Of a DNA stretch of 64,000 nt, positions 9,986 to 19,394 are shown in pieces. Positions within the stretch are counted from its first letter, which is position 1, and every line of letters begins with the position of its first letter. The stretch comes from Nitrospinaceae bacterium (GTDB lineage Bacteria; Nitrospinota; Nitrospinia; Nitrospinales; Nitrospinaceae), in the NCBI GenBank assembly GCA_965237905.1, contig OZ250172.1, positions 320,001 through 384,000 of the forward strand, written 5' to 3'. The position numbers were made by a program, and so were the translations under genes. Below the pieces are notes generated by a model. It searched no databases. It saw only the letters and a program-made list of their open reading frames with translations, and was not told the DNA's origin.

Positions 9986-10936
9986 TTAAATCCCGAGACT
10001 GTTCACCGCATCTTCAAGAGACATGGCGGTGCAGGTGAAAATCGGCGTGTCCTCTAGGGTAAAGCGGCTGCCTTCGGTTTCTCTCAGGTCCATGACCAGG
10101 TCGACGAAATCGTCGGGAGAATCGGTTTCGAACGCCACCACGAATTCGTAGTCGTCGATGCCGAAGGAATAGGTGGTGTTCAGTTTGACCGAGGGATACT
10201 TGTTGCCGATGAAAATATGTTCGTCCATGATGCCCTGCCGCGCAAACTTAGTGAGCAGGTACCATTCGCGTTTCTTGGTGAAGGGGTAGATGAACAGGTA
10301 CTTGGCTTTGCCGGGAATGATGTGCGTCCGGTCTTCTTCATGCTCCGGATTGAAGATGTCCATGTACATGGATCGTTTGGTCTGTGAAAAATACGAATAG
10401 GTCTGGACAAGATATTTCCCCAGGCCGGTGCGGTACATTTTGGTGGTCATCTCCTGAAAATTTTCCATCCGATGGGAAACTCTCCAGAACATGATTTCCG
10501 CATCGGCACGAATGCCCATGGTGGTGTAGCTGAGCACGATTATGTCACGCCGGTTGTCATATTCTTCCAACACTTCCATAAATTCTTTTTTGCCCTTGTC
10601 GATTTCTTCCTGAGGCAGACGGCGGAACGCCGGGTCCAATTTGAAGAACGAAAAATTGACGAACTGTCGGGGCGCCTGTTTCTCATCTTTGGTTGCCGCC
10701 TGTCTTTTGGCCTGCGCCTCGGCAACGGCCCCCGCTTCGCGTTCCTGGCGGGCGCGGGAAACCACGTCGTCGTTTATCACTTCGATGCTCTTATCCTTGG
10801 CGTATTGTTCGATCCCCCGCACCACACTTTTACGGACGAAAAAGGGAACATTCAGCATCCGGGCTCGGGCGTCTTCCGTCCAATTCAGCTCGGTGGCGGG
10901 CATCAATTCATCAAGTTCTTTATCATCAATCGCCAT
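9986..10936 (-). CDS. Chlorite dismutase/HemQ family heme protein (likely coproheme decarboxylase) with N-terminal PCP_red-like domain
   Basis: YPFTKKREWY, proximal His (MDEH), TTYSFGIDDYEFVVAFE; N-terminal WTEDARARMLNVPFFVRKSVVRGIEQYA. Confidence 0.85.
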   Translation of the reverse strand: MAIDDKELDELMPATELNWTEDARARMLNVPFFVRKSVVRGIEQYAKDKSIEVINDDVVSRARQEREAGAVAEAQAKRQAATKDEKQAPRQFVNFSFFKLDPAFRRLPQEEIDKGKKEFMEVLEEYDNRRDIIVLSYTTMGIRADAEIMFWRVSHRMENFQEMTTKMYRTGLGKYLVQTYSYFSQTKRSMYMDIFNPEHEEDRTHIIPGKAKYLFIYPFTKKREWYLLTKFARQGIMDEHIFIGNKYPSVKLNTTYSFGIDDYEFVVAFETDSPDDFVDLVMDLRETEGSRFTLEDTPIFTCTAMSLEDAVNSLGI

Positions 10937-11132
10937 GGTTTAATCTCTACGAATTAGGTTGGTAAGGTGTAAACAAATTATACTATAATCGATTGAAATA
11001 TCAATTCGATTGTATTTTCAGGACGAGTCCTTTCAAGACCTGTAATTTGAAAGATTTTCGTGCCCTCCTTTGGATGTCATATAATAAACTTTGGGTCCCA
11101 CATTTTCAACATCAAACCCCCGTTTGGGCGAT

Positions 11133-12335
11133 ATGAAAACACAGCAATTCATCGACCTTGAAGATCAGTATGGAGCTCATAATTACAAACCCTTAGACGT
11201 GGTCCTGTGCCGGGGCAAAGGCATCTGGGTATGGGATGTGGAAGGCAATAAGTATCTGGATTGTCTCTCAGCCTATTCCGCGGTCAACCAGGGCCATTGC
11301 CATCCACGCATCCTGAAGGCCCTGAAAGAGCAGGCCGAACAATTGACCCTGGTGTCCCGGGCCTTCCGGAACGATCAACTGGGACCGTTTTACAAGGAAA
11401 TATGCGAACTCACCCGGTCTCACACGGTTTTACCCATGAACAGCGGAGCCGAAGCGGTCGAGTCGGCCATCAAAGCGGTCCGTAAATGGGGCTATGAAGT
11501 CAAACAGGTTCCAGACGGTCAGGCCGAGATTATCGTCTGCGCCAACAATTTTCACGGCCGAACCCTGACCATTGTCGGATTCAGCACGGAGGAACAATAC
11601 CGGCAGGGATACGCGCCCTTCACTCCCGGCTTCAAAATCATCCCGTTCGGCGATGCTGAGGCCCTCGAACAAGCTATAACTCCCCACACGGTCGGTTTTC
11701 TGGTGGAGCCCATTCAGGGGGAAGGCGGGGTGATCGTCCCGCCCACAGGTTACCTGAAAGATGCCCGCCGCATCTGTGATGACAATAACGTCATCCTGAT
11801 CCTCGACGAGATCCAAACCGGGCTGGGGCGAACCGGCAAGCTGTTCGCGGAAGAACATGAAGGCATCGAATCGGACCTGACCATTGTCGGTAAAGCGCTG
11901 TCGGGAGGTTTTTATCCCATCTCCGCGGTGCTGTCCAACAAAGAGGTGCTGGGCGTGTTCAAACCGGGAGACCACGGGAGCACGTTCGGCGGCAACCCTC
12001 TCGCCTGTGCGGTGGCACGGGAAGCGTTAAAAATACTGGTGGAGGAAAATCTGATCGAAAATTCCGCCGAACTGGGTGCCTATTTTATGGATCGACTGCG
12101 GGAAATTGCGTCTCCTCACGTTAAGGAAATCCGCGGGAAAGGCTTGATGATCGGCGTCGAACTGCATCCCCAAGCCGGAGGCGCCCGGCGATTCTGCGAA
12201 GCTCTACAGACCAAAGGGCTGCTATGCAAAGAAACTCATGAGCACGTGTTGCGCATTGCTCCGCCGCTGATTATCCAGAAAGCGGAGATCGACTGGGCGC
12301 TGGAACGTATTGCCGATACGTTGAACCAAAAATGA
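11133..12335 (+). CDS. rocD: Ornithine--oxo-acid transaminase
   Basis: [49 protein letters not shown]. Confidence 0.95.
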   Translation: MKTQQFIDLEDQYGAHNYKPLDVVLCRGKGIWVWDVEGNKYLDCLSAYSAVNQGHCHPRILKALKEQAEQLTLVSRAFRNDQLGPFYKEICELTRSHTVLPMNSGAEAVESAIKAVRKWGYEVKQVPDGQAEIIVCANNFHGRTLTIVGFSTEEQYRQGYAPFTPGFKIIPFGDAEALEQAITPHTVGFLVEPIQGEGGVIVPPTGYLKDARRICDDNNVILILDEIQTGLGRTGKLFAEEHEGIESDLTIVGKALSGGFYPISAVLSNKEVLGVFKPGDHGSTFGGNPLACAVAREALKILVEENLIENSAELGAYFMDRLREIASPHVKEIRGKGLMIGVELHPQAGGARRFCEALQTKGLLCKETHEHVLRIAPPLIIQKAEIDWALERIADTLNQK

Positions 12336-12360
12336 TTTCCCTCAGGGAAGGTGACCAAGC

Positions 12361-12888
12361 ATGTCTCAAGTAGTTCTCATTCAGGGAAGTCTTAACAAAG
12401 AATCGCGAACGGCGGTGCTGATCGACCATGCGGCCGCGGAAATAAAGCGTGCCGGCCTCGAGGTAGGTCATCTGGACTTGAGAAACATCCAAATGGAATT
12501 TTGTGACGGGCGATCGCTCAAGGAATATCACCCGGAGATGCAACAAGCGTATCAGACGATGGAAGCGGCGGATGCCTTTGTCATTGGAATGCCGGTGTAC
12601 TGTTATTCCGTTTCCGGCCCTCTGAAAAACTTTATCGATATCACCAGCGGTGCCATGGAAAAGAAAATCGCCGGTATTCTCTGCAACGCCGGTGGCAAAC
12701 AGTCCTATATGGCCTCGGCAGACCTGAGCAACATCCTGGCCTACGAATCACATGTCACCACTGTGCAGCCCATCGTCTACAGCAGTTACGAGGATTACGA
12801 CGATCAAACCCTTACCGCCGTCAAGGTCAAATCCAAAATTCGGGAATTGGTGGACCATCTCACCCGACACTTGAAGAGCAACTCATGA
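12361..12888 (+). CDS. NADPH-dependent FMN reductase
   Basis: GSLNKESRT, PVYCYSVSGPLKNFID flavodoxin-like motifs. Confidence 0.88.
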   Translation: MSQVVLIQGSLNKESRTAVLIDHAAAEIKRAGLEVGHLDLRNIQMEFCDGRSLKEYHPEMQQAYQTMEAADAFVIGMPVYCYSVSGPLKNFIDITSGAMEKKIAGILCNAGGKQSYMASADLSNILAYESHVTTVQPIVYSSYEDYDDQTLTAVKVKSKIRELVDHLTRHLKSNS

Positions 12889-13529
12889 AACTTCCATCTT
12901 TTTTCATTTCAAAACAAAAGCACCCATGGACGTTTGGAATTGTTGTTCTCCTGGCGGTCGCCGCTTTCCGCATGACGGCCCCGAGCCCTTCCAACGGAGG
13001 AGTGGGTTTTGGACAGACCTTGTCTAAAGCGGCGCTGGAACGCACCACCCACACTGTTCGCTACGACGGCAGTTACAGGTCAATCTCTTACCCCAACGGA
13101 GATGTGCCGGAGAACACGGGGGTCTGCACGGATGTCGTGATTCGCAGTTATCGAGCCTTGGGAATCGACCTACAAAAACGAGTGCACGAGGAGATGAAAG
13201 CCGACTTCCAAGCCTTTCCCAACCGATGGGGCTTGAAAACCACGGACTCCAATATCGACCACCGGCGGGTACCGAACCTGCAGGTGTTTTTCTCCCGCAG
13301 AGGTCAATCGTTAAAGGTGACACACCATCCCAGGGATTACCAACCCGGCGATCTGGTGACCTGGCTACTGGACAATAACCTGCCGCACATCGGTATTGTG
13401 GTCGATCGACGCAGTGAAGACGGCAAAAGGCCGTTGATCGTTCATAATATTGGAGCCGGGCCGATGCTTGAGGATCGATTGTTTGAATTCAAAATCACCG
13501 GACATTACCGCTATACAGGCAATGAATAA
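12885..13529 (+). CDS. DUF1287 (YijF-like) protein
   Basis: YDGSY...YPNGDVP..GVCTDVVIR, DSNIDHRRVPNL, HIGIV, HNIG. Confidence 0.9.
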   Translation: MKLPSFFISKQKHPWTFGIVVLLAVAAFRMTAPSPSNGGVGFGQTLSKAALERTTHTVRYDGSYRSISYPNGDVPENTGVCTDVVIRSYRALGIDLQKRVHEEMKADFQAFPNRWGLKTTDSNIDHRRVPNLQVFFSRRGQSLKVTHHPRDYQPGDLVTWLLDNNLPHIGIVVDRRSEDGKRPLIVHNIGAGPMLEDRLFEFKITGHYRYTGNE

Positions 13530-13989
13530 CCCAAGCCACCCTGTTCAAATCCGTGAAGGCCGACCGGAAGACGCCGCCATCATCGCCGAATACAATCAAC
13601 ACATGGCGTTGGAAACCGAAGGCAAAACGCTGGATTCCGAAACCGTGGGGAAAGGAGTGGAACAGGGATTGCTTCAACCGCAGAAATGCCGTTATTTTGT
13701 CGCGGAGGTCCGGGATACGGTGATCGGCCAGGCAATGGTTACCTATGAATGGAGCGATTGGCGCAACGGCGACCTGTGGTGGATCCAAAGTGTTTACGTG
13801 CACCCCGATTTCCGCCGACAGGGGATTTTCAAAAGACTCTACCAACACATCGAAACCCTGGCCCGAAAAGATACCAACGTGCGAGGCCTGCGCCTTTATG
13901 TCGAAGAAGAAAACGCTGGAGGTCAGGCTGTTTACAAAAAACTGGGCATGTCTCACGCCGGTTATCACGTCTACGAGAGTGAGTTTTAA
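13522..13989 (+). CDS. GNAT family N-acetyltransferase
   Basis: YEWSDWRNG, SVYVHPDFRRQG acetyl-CoA motif, LRLYVE..N. Confidence 0.9.
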   Translation: MNNPSHPVQIREGRPEDAAIIAEYNQHMALETEGKTLDSETVGKGVEQGLLQPQKCRYFVAEVRDTVIGQAMVTYEWSDWRNGDLWWIQSVYVHPDFRRQGIFKRLYQHIETLARKDTNVRGLRLYVEEENAGGQAVYKKLGMSHAGYHVYESEF

Positions 13990-14052
13990 GCCCTCTCCAG
14001 CCCCTCAACCTGTTTTCCCCATCCCCTGCCCCAGAAAGTACTTGGAGATTCA

Positions 14053-14081
14053 TTTACATTTAGTTACCATATAAGTAATAT
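14053..14081 (+). promoter_or_regulatory. Putative sigma70 promoter for the His-rich lipoprotein gene
   Basis: TTTACA-17bp-TAATAT about 60 bp upstream of ATG 14142. Confidence 0.45.
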
Positions 14082-14141
14082 AATTGAGCGAATCGTCCCG
14101 TAAACCGCAAAACAAGCCGCCATCTTTAGGGAGTAAAAATC

Positions 14142-16085
14142 ATGCGTTCCGGTAAAAGTCCTTCCCACCCCGGGAATTTTTCCAGGTTCAAGTATTCGGC
14201 AGGAATTTCCATGCTGTTCATATTTTTAGTGGGCTTCGTTTTCCAAGGATGTGTTGTCCATAAACACAGTAGTGGACGTAGTCATCGCCCTTACGTGAAG
14301 CCGGCACCCGTCATCTTTACCTTTAACAATCATCACCGGCACACGGTCCAGAATTATTACCACCGCCACCCTCACGGCAAAAGGCACAATTGGAAAAAAT
14401 GGAAATATAAAAGAAAAGCCTACTTATCTCGGGGAATACAGATGCGGGCAGTTCCTGTCGATTTAATTCGTCGGTTGCCACCGGCGCCCCGTGGGACACG
14501 ATATGGCTATTACGGCGACCAGGTGCTTCTGTTTGATGTGCAAACCCGTGTGGTACTGGATTTCATAAATATTCAGGTGTCGGTCGAACATCAGAACGCC
14601 TATAACCGGAAACCGGCTCCAAAAATCGTAGACCAAATGCCTTCCTATGAAGAGCAACACCCTTCGCAGAGCCATCAGCCGCCTTCACATTCCAATGCGT
14701 ATGAAGTTGCCAGGGGAAAACCCTTCACGCAAGACGAGCACCCCTCGTCCCATGGACAGGGTCACCGTATGGACAAAGGCAAACCCGATATGGGTGACGA
14801 TCATCCATCCCAGCATGCTAAAAACGATCGGGGTCGCGGCCAGCAAGGAAACAAAGGGAAACCCCTATGGGGAGACGACCGCACCTCGTCCCAGGGTCAA
14901 AACCATAGAATGGGTCAGGGGAGACCCGATCAAGGACAAGGTCATCCTTCTACCCACGCTAAAATGGATAAAGGCAAGCGGGGTGGACAGCAAGGGAAGC
15001 CTCAAAAAGATAAGAGTGGTCCTTCTGCCCACGCCAAATCAGATAAAGCCAATCGAGGTGGACCGCAACAAGGTAACCAAGACCGGCATGGCGGATCTCC
15101 CAAAGGTCACGATCGTCCAGGCAAGGGTAAACCTTCAATGGAAAGCCCGGATGATTCGGGATCACACCAGATGAACGCCAGGGGAAAACCGGATAAAGGT
15201 GGATCTCCAAAAAGTCATGATCGCCCAGGCAAAGGTAAACCTTCAATGGAAAGCACAGATGATTCGGGATCACACCAGATGGACGCCAGGGGAAAGCCGG
15301 ATAAAGGTGGATCTCCAAAAAGTCATGATCGCCCAGGCAAAGGTAAACCTTCAATGGAAAGCCCGGATGATTCCGGATCACACCAGATGGACGCCAGGGG
15401 AAAACCGGATAAAGGTGGATCTCCAAAAAGTCATGATCGCCCAGGCAAAGGTAAACCTTCAATGGAAAGCACAGATGATTCGGGATCACACCAGATGGAC
15501 GCCAGGGGAAAACCGGATAAGGGTGGACCCAAAGGTAGAGGAAAACAGAAAGACACGTTTGCCGATTCTTCAGAACAATCTTTCGCTCCTTCCGAGGAGA
15601 ACATTCAAATCGCCAAGGCTGAAAAGGGTCGCGGTAAAGGCAAACCCAAAGGCTCTGGCAAGCCGGAAAAAGCGAAACGGGGTAAACGCGAACAGCAGGC
15701 CGATATGACAGCTCCAGTGACACAACAGGAACCGGCCCCGAGCATGGCTCCACCGGCACCGGCCCCCACGACCACAGCCTCGTTCGCGCCGTCAGTATTT
15801 GATAATAATCAACGAAACATCATCCAGAGCTATTATCAAAATTCCGGCTCCAAGAAATCAGGTAAAGGCAAAGGGAAAAAATCCAGAGGTTCCAAAAGAA
15901 AGAAAACCTCTTCTGTAGCCAAGGGCAATATTCTGACTCAATCGACCGAACCTCTGCCGCGGAGCCTGGAATCACAACTGCCACCGCCGCCTCCCAACAC
16001 CAAGCGGGTGCTTTACAACCAGCAGGTGGTCCTCATAGAAAGAGGAACCAACAAAGTTCTGGATGTAATCAATGTGAACAATTGA
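14142..16085 (+). CDS. His/Gly/Lys-rich putative lipoprotein with two RcnB/CigR-like domains separated by a repetitive disordered linker
   Basis: Lipobox FVFQGC; LPPAPRGTRYGYYGDQVLL and LPPPPPNTKRVLYNQQVVLI modules; 36-aa tandem repeats; GGGAG RBS. Confidence 0.7.
   Translation: MRSGKSPSHPGNFSRFKYSAGISMLFIFLVGFVFQGCVVHKHSSGRSHRPYVKPAPVIFTFNNHHRHTVQNYYHRHPHGKRHNWKKWKYKRKAYLSRGIQMRAVPVDLIRRLPPAPRGTRYGYYGDQVLLFDVQTRVVLDFINIQVSVEHQNAYNRKPAPKIVDQMPSYEEQHPSQSHQPPSHSNAYEVARGKPFTQDEHPSSHGQGHRMDKGKPDMGDDHPSQHAKNDRGRGQQGNKGKPLWGDDRTSSQGQNHRMGQGRPDQGQGHPSTHAKMDKGKRGGQQGKPQKDKSGPSAHAKSDKANRGGPQQGNQDRHGGSPKGHDRPGKGKPSMESPDDSGSHQMNARGKPDKGGSPKSHDRPGKGKPSMESTDDSGSHQMDARGKPDKGGSPKSHDRPGKGKPSMESPDDSGSHQMDARGKPDKGGSPKSHDRPGKGKPSMESTDDSGSHQMDARGKPDKGGPKGRGKQKDTFADSSEQSFAPSEENIQIAKAEKGRGKGKPKGSGKPEKAKRGKREQQADMTAPVTQQEPAPSMAPPAPAPTTTASFAPSVFDNNQRNIIQSYYQNSGSKKSGKGKGKKSRGSKRKKTSSVAKGNILTQSTEPLPRSLESQLPPPPPNTKRVLYNQQVVLIERGTNKVLDVINVNN
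15090..15527 (+). repeat. Intragenic tandem repeat, about 4 x 108 bp (36 aa GGSPKSHDRPGKGKPSMES[P/T]DDSGSHQMDARGKPDK)
   Basis: CCTTCAATGGAAAGC recurs at 15132, 15240, 15348, 15456 (period 108); alternating P/T variants. Confidence 0.95.
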
Positions 16086-16257
16086 AATTTGGGCAGTTCG
16101 GGTCATCAACGAGGCCGCTTTTAAGCAAGCGGAATTCAAGGACAATCAAAAAAGATTTCGTATGACCCAGGGATTTGTTTAATATATTAGAAGGAAATAA
16201 AATTATCGTGAGGGGCTCACTGCAGGAATTTTATATTGTTTTATGGAGGTATTTGTT

Positions 16258-16518
16258 ATGCTTTTCGACGAAACTCAAAAGAGGCGCCCCACGACCCGCT
16301 TGACCTCTAAAGGAATTTTGGCTCCGGCTTGTCTGGGGTTGGCTTTTATATTTTTAGCGACCGTATTGATGTCCGGCTGTGTGGTCCACCACCAAGGGCA
16401 TGGGTATAAGCACCAGGGACATGGGTATAAGCGCGGTCATGGACACCACAAAAGCAAAATTAAAATAAAACCCGCTGTGGGGATTGCTGTTTCCCCCATG
16501 ATTGTCATTGACGATTGA
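16258..16518 (+). CDS. Small His-rich putative lipoprotein
   Basis: GGAGG RBS at 16245; lipobox LMSGC then VVHHQGHGYKHQGHGYKRGHGHH; 21-bp duplication at 16390-16431. Confidence 0.7.
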   Translation: MLFDETQKRRPTTRLTSKGILAPACLGLAFIFLATVLMSGCVVHHQGHGYKHQGHGYKRGHGHHKSKIKIKPAVGIAVSPMIVIDD

Positions 16519-16536
16519 TTCAAGGAGAATCTATTT

Positions 16537-17067
16537 ATGCGTTCCGACAAATCCGACCCAATGAACCCAAACCTTCCGGTCCAGTCATCCTATATGAGGA
16601 CTCGAATCCGGATGGCTCCGTTTATAGCGATCCTGTTTCTGGCCGCCGTCTTTGCTTCGGGGTGCATTATACATGATCGCGGCCATCGATCTGGTCATTA
16701 CGTAGCTCCAGTCGCCGTCCAACCCCGTGTGGCGGTAGCTGTTCCGGCACCGATCACTTTTACTTTCACCGATAACCACAGGCATAGGGCCCGGGATTAT
16801 TACCACAAGCATCCTCGTCATCACGGCAAAAAACACAAAAAGCGCAAGTGGAAAAATAAAGGAAGAGGCCATTTGCCTCCCGGTCTGCGCAGACGGAGCG
16901 TACTGCCTCCGGGAATACAGATGCAAGTAGTACCCGTCGATTTAGTTCGTCAATTGCCACCGCTGCCTCGCAGCACACAATATGGTTATTATGACGACCG
17001 AGTGCTTCTGTTTAATGTGCAAACCCGTGTGGTACTGGATTTCATCAACATCTCGGTGGGATTTTAG
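16537..17067 (+). CDS. His/Lys-rich putative lipoprotein, RcnB/CigR-like; paralog of the N-terminal part of 14142-16085
   Basis: Lipobox FASGC; LPPGLRRRSVLPPGIQMQVVPVDLVRQLPP..YGYYDDRVLL; AAGGAG RBS. Confidence 0.72.
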   Translation: MRSDKSDPMNPNLPVQSSYMRTRIRMAPFIAILFLAAVFASGCIIHDRGHRSGHYVAPVAVQPRVAVAVPAPITFTFTDNHRHRARDYYHKHPRHHGKKHKKRKWKNKGRGHLPPGLRRRSVLPPGIQMQVVPVDLVRQLPPLPRSTQYGYYDDRVLLFNVQTRVVLDFINISVGF

Positions 17068-17081
17068 ATCTGGCGAAAGAA

Positions 17082-19265
17082 TTACTTCTTTCCCAGACCT
17101 GAGTATTTGAAAATATCGGACATGGCGTTCAGGAAATTGGCTTGTTCCTGCGACTGCATGTCCTTTATTTTTTTGTCTTCATTAAAAATATTGAGACGAA
17201 TCTCAGGCGGGCGTCCCAACAAATTATAAAGCGCATGGGCCGTATGCACAGGAGGATGACAGGTTCCCTCCTTACAGACATAAGTCGTGGGCTGGTTCGA
17301 CACCGGACCCCGCCCCTCGGCCCAGGGAATCCGTTTCGCGGTTTCCTCTCCCTGGCACACGACAACTATTTGGTTGGGACGGTAATCCCGATAAAGAGTC
17401 TCCAGCATTTTCTGATATTCCTTGTCCTCCTCCGGGCCGGACAATACAATTTCCACCGGGGACGATTCCATAAAATCCATGGCAGACAGCATCGCCGTAA
17501 AGGCGGCGGGACCTTGTTCCATATCTCCCTGAAACGCCCGAACTGTTTGTCTCCCTTTCTCCTCAAATAATTTATTGCCGGTCAGGCGTCCCAACCGCAA
17601 CAGCGCCAGGGCGGCCACGGCATTGGAGGAAGGCATGGCATCATCCATCGGATTTTTGAGACGCGCTACCAGTGGTTCATGATCGCTGGCAGTCATGAAA
17701 AACCCGCTGTCATTTTCATCCCAGAACCGATCGATCATAGATTCAGCCAGCACCTGAGCCTTCTCCAGCCATTGCGATTCAAACGACGCCTCATAAAGCG
17801 TCACCAAACCATCCAGAAAATAAGCATAATCCTCCAGACATCCGTTGAACCGGGCCTGGCCATCCTTATAAACCCGCAAGAGAGAACCGTCCTGCCACAA
17901 GGTTTTCCAAATAAAATCGGCGCAGGTCGCGGCGCGTTGAAGATACGAATCCTTGCGAAGTACGATAAAACCTTTGGCCAATGCGGAAATCATCAACCCA
18001 TTCCAACCCGTCAGGATTTTTTCATCGCGGTGCGGTTGAGGCCTTTTGTTTCGCGTTTCCAGCAGGGTTTTCCTGGCGGTCTTGATAATATGTCCGACTT
18101 CAAAGATGGGTATTCCTTCTTCTTCAGCAGTTTTTTCCATGTCCTGCATCACGCGAAGAACATTGCGCCGCTCGAATTGTCCTGCGGGGGTCATTCCATA
18201 CATCTTGGCAAAGACCTTGGCGTGACGTGAACCCAGAATATCCAGAACCTGCTTCAACTCCCAGGTGAAATAAATTCCTTCCCGGCCTTCGGTGTCGGCA
18301 TCCTGGCTGGTAAAAAACGCACCCTCGGGGGAAGTCATCTCCCGATCCACATATTCAAAAATTTCTTCCGGGATTGTTCGGTAAATGTCCTGTTGAGCAG
18401 CCTGGAACGCATCCAGATACAACCGGGCCATGAGAGCATTATCGCACAGCATTTTCTCAAAATGTGGCACCCGCCATTCCCGATCCGTCGAATACCGATG
18501 GAACCCTCCTCCCAACTGATCGTACATGCCGCCCTCGGCCATGTGGGTCAGGCTCTTGTCCACCATCATCAGCACATCGTTGCTCTCCGAACGCACCCAG
18601 TGCCGGAGAAGCAGGGAATACAGCATGGGTTCCGGAAACTTCATACCCGTCCCGAACCCGCCATAGGCTTCGTCAAACTTTTCGGTTAATAATTGAACCG
18701 CTGTGTTGATCAAAGTTTGAGCCGAATTTTCCTGAGCAACGCCGGGAGTATGCCGGGCATTGATCTTCTGGAGAATCTCACCAGACCGGCTCTGGACCTG
18801 TTCCTTCTGATTCCGGTATTGGTCATGAGCCTGCCGGAGCACTTCACCGAAACCCGGTTGGTGGTTGCCCGGAACCGGAGGGAAATACGTTCCTCCAAAA
18901 TAAGGTTCCTGTGCCGGCGTCAAAAACAGGTTCAAGGGCCAACCGCCCTGCCCATTCATGGCGATCAGGGCATTCATGTAAATCGAATCGATTTCCGGTC
19001 GCTCTTCCCGGTCCACCTTGATATTGACGAACCGCTCGTTCATCTGGCGAGCCAATTCCCCGTTGTCAAAGCATTCACGGGACATGACGTGACACCAGTG
19101 ACAAGCCGAGTACCCGATGCTCAGGAAAATCGGTTTGTCCTCCTGTCGCGCCTTGTTTAGAGCCTCAGGCCCCCAGGGATACCAGTCCACCGGTTGATGG
19201 GCGTGCTGGAGCAAATAGGGACTGGTTTCCTGCGCCAGCCGATTGTTATGTTGAGTCGATGCCAT
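17082..19265 (-). CDS. Thioredoxin domain-containing protein YyaL/SPATA20 (DUF255) family
   Basis: [47 protein letters not shown]. Confidence 0.93.
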   Translation of the reverse strand: MASTQHNNRLAQETSPYLLQHAHQPVDWYPWGPEALNKARQEDKPIFLSIGYSACHWCHVMSRECFDNGELARQMNERFVNIKVDREERPEIDSIYMNALIAMNGQGGWPLNLFLTPAQEPYFGGTYFPPVPGNHQPGFGEVLRQAHDQYRNQKEQVQSRSGEILQKINARHTPGVAQENSAQTLINTAVQLLTEKFDEAYGGFGTGMKFPEPMLYSLLLRHWVRSESNDVLMMVDKSLTHMAEGGMYDQLGGGFHRYSTDREWRVPHFEKMLCDNALMARLYLDAFQAAQQDIYRTIPEEIFEYVDREMTSPEGAFFTSQDADTEGREGIYFTWELKQVLDILGSRHAKVFAKMYGMTPAGQFERRNVLRVMQDMEKTAEEEGIPIFEVGHIIKTARKTLLETRNKRPQPHRDEKILTGWNGLMISALAKGFIVLRKDSYLQRAATCADFIWKTLWQDGSLLRVYKDGQARFNGCLEDYAYFLDGLVTLYEASFESQWLEKAQVLAESMIDRFWDENDSGFFMTASDHEPLVARLKNPMDDAMPSSNAVAALALLRLGRLTGNKLFEEKGRQTVRAFQGDMEQGPAAFTAMLSAMDFMESSPVEIVLSGPEEDKEYQKMLETLYRDYRPNQIVVVCQGEETAKRIPWAEGRGPVSNQPTTYVCKEGTCHPPVHTAHALYNLLGRPPEIRLNIFNEDKKIKDMQSQEQANFLNAMSDIFKYSGLGKK

Positions 19266-19394
19266 ACGAAGGGTGCGCCTTTAATTAAAGTTTTGCTTTA
19301 GATATGGATTCCCAAAGCATACAGAATATGGGGGGATGAATAAAGTTTTTATTCCAAAAAGGAGAGAACTATTGATCCGGGAGGGCTGGCCGGG

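Noticed and set aside
14959..15759. Repetitive ORFs in alternative frames, and a possible CRISPR-like array
   Set aside because: By-products of the 108-bp coding repeat; units are contiguous with no unique spacers and no cas genes, so not CRISPR
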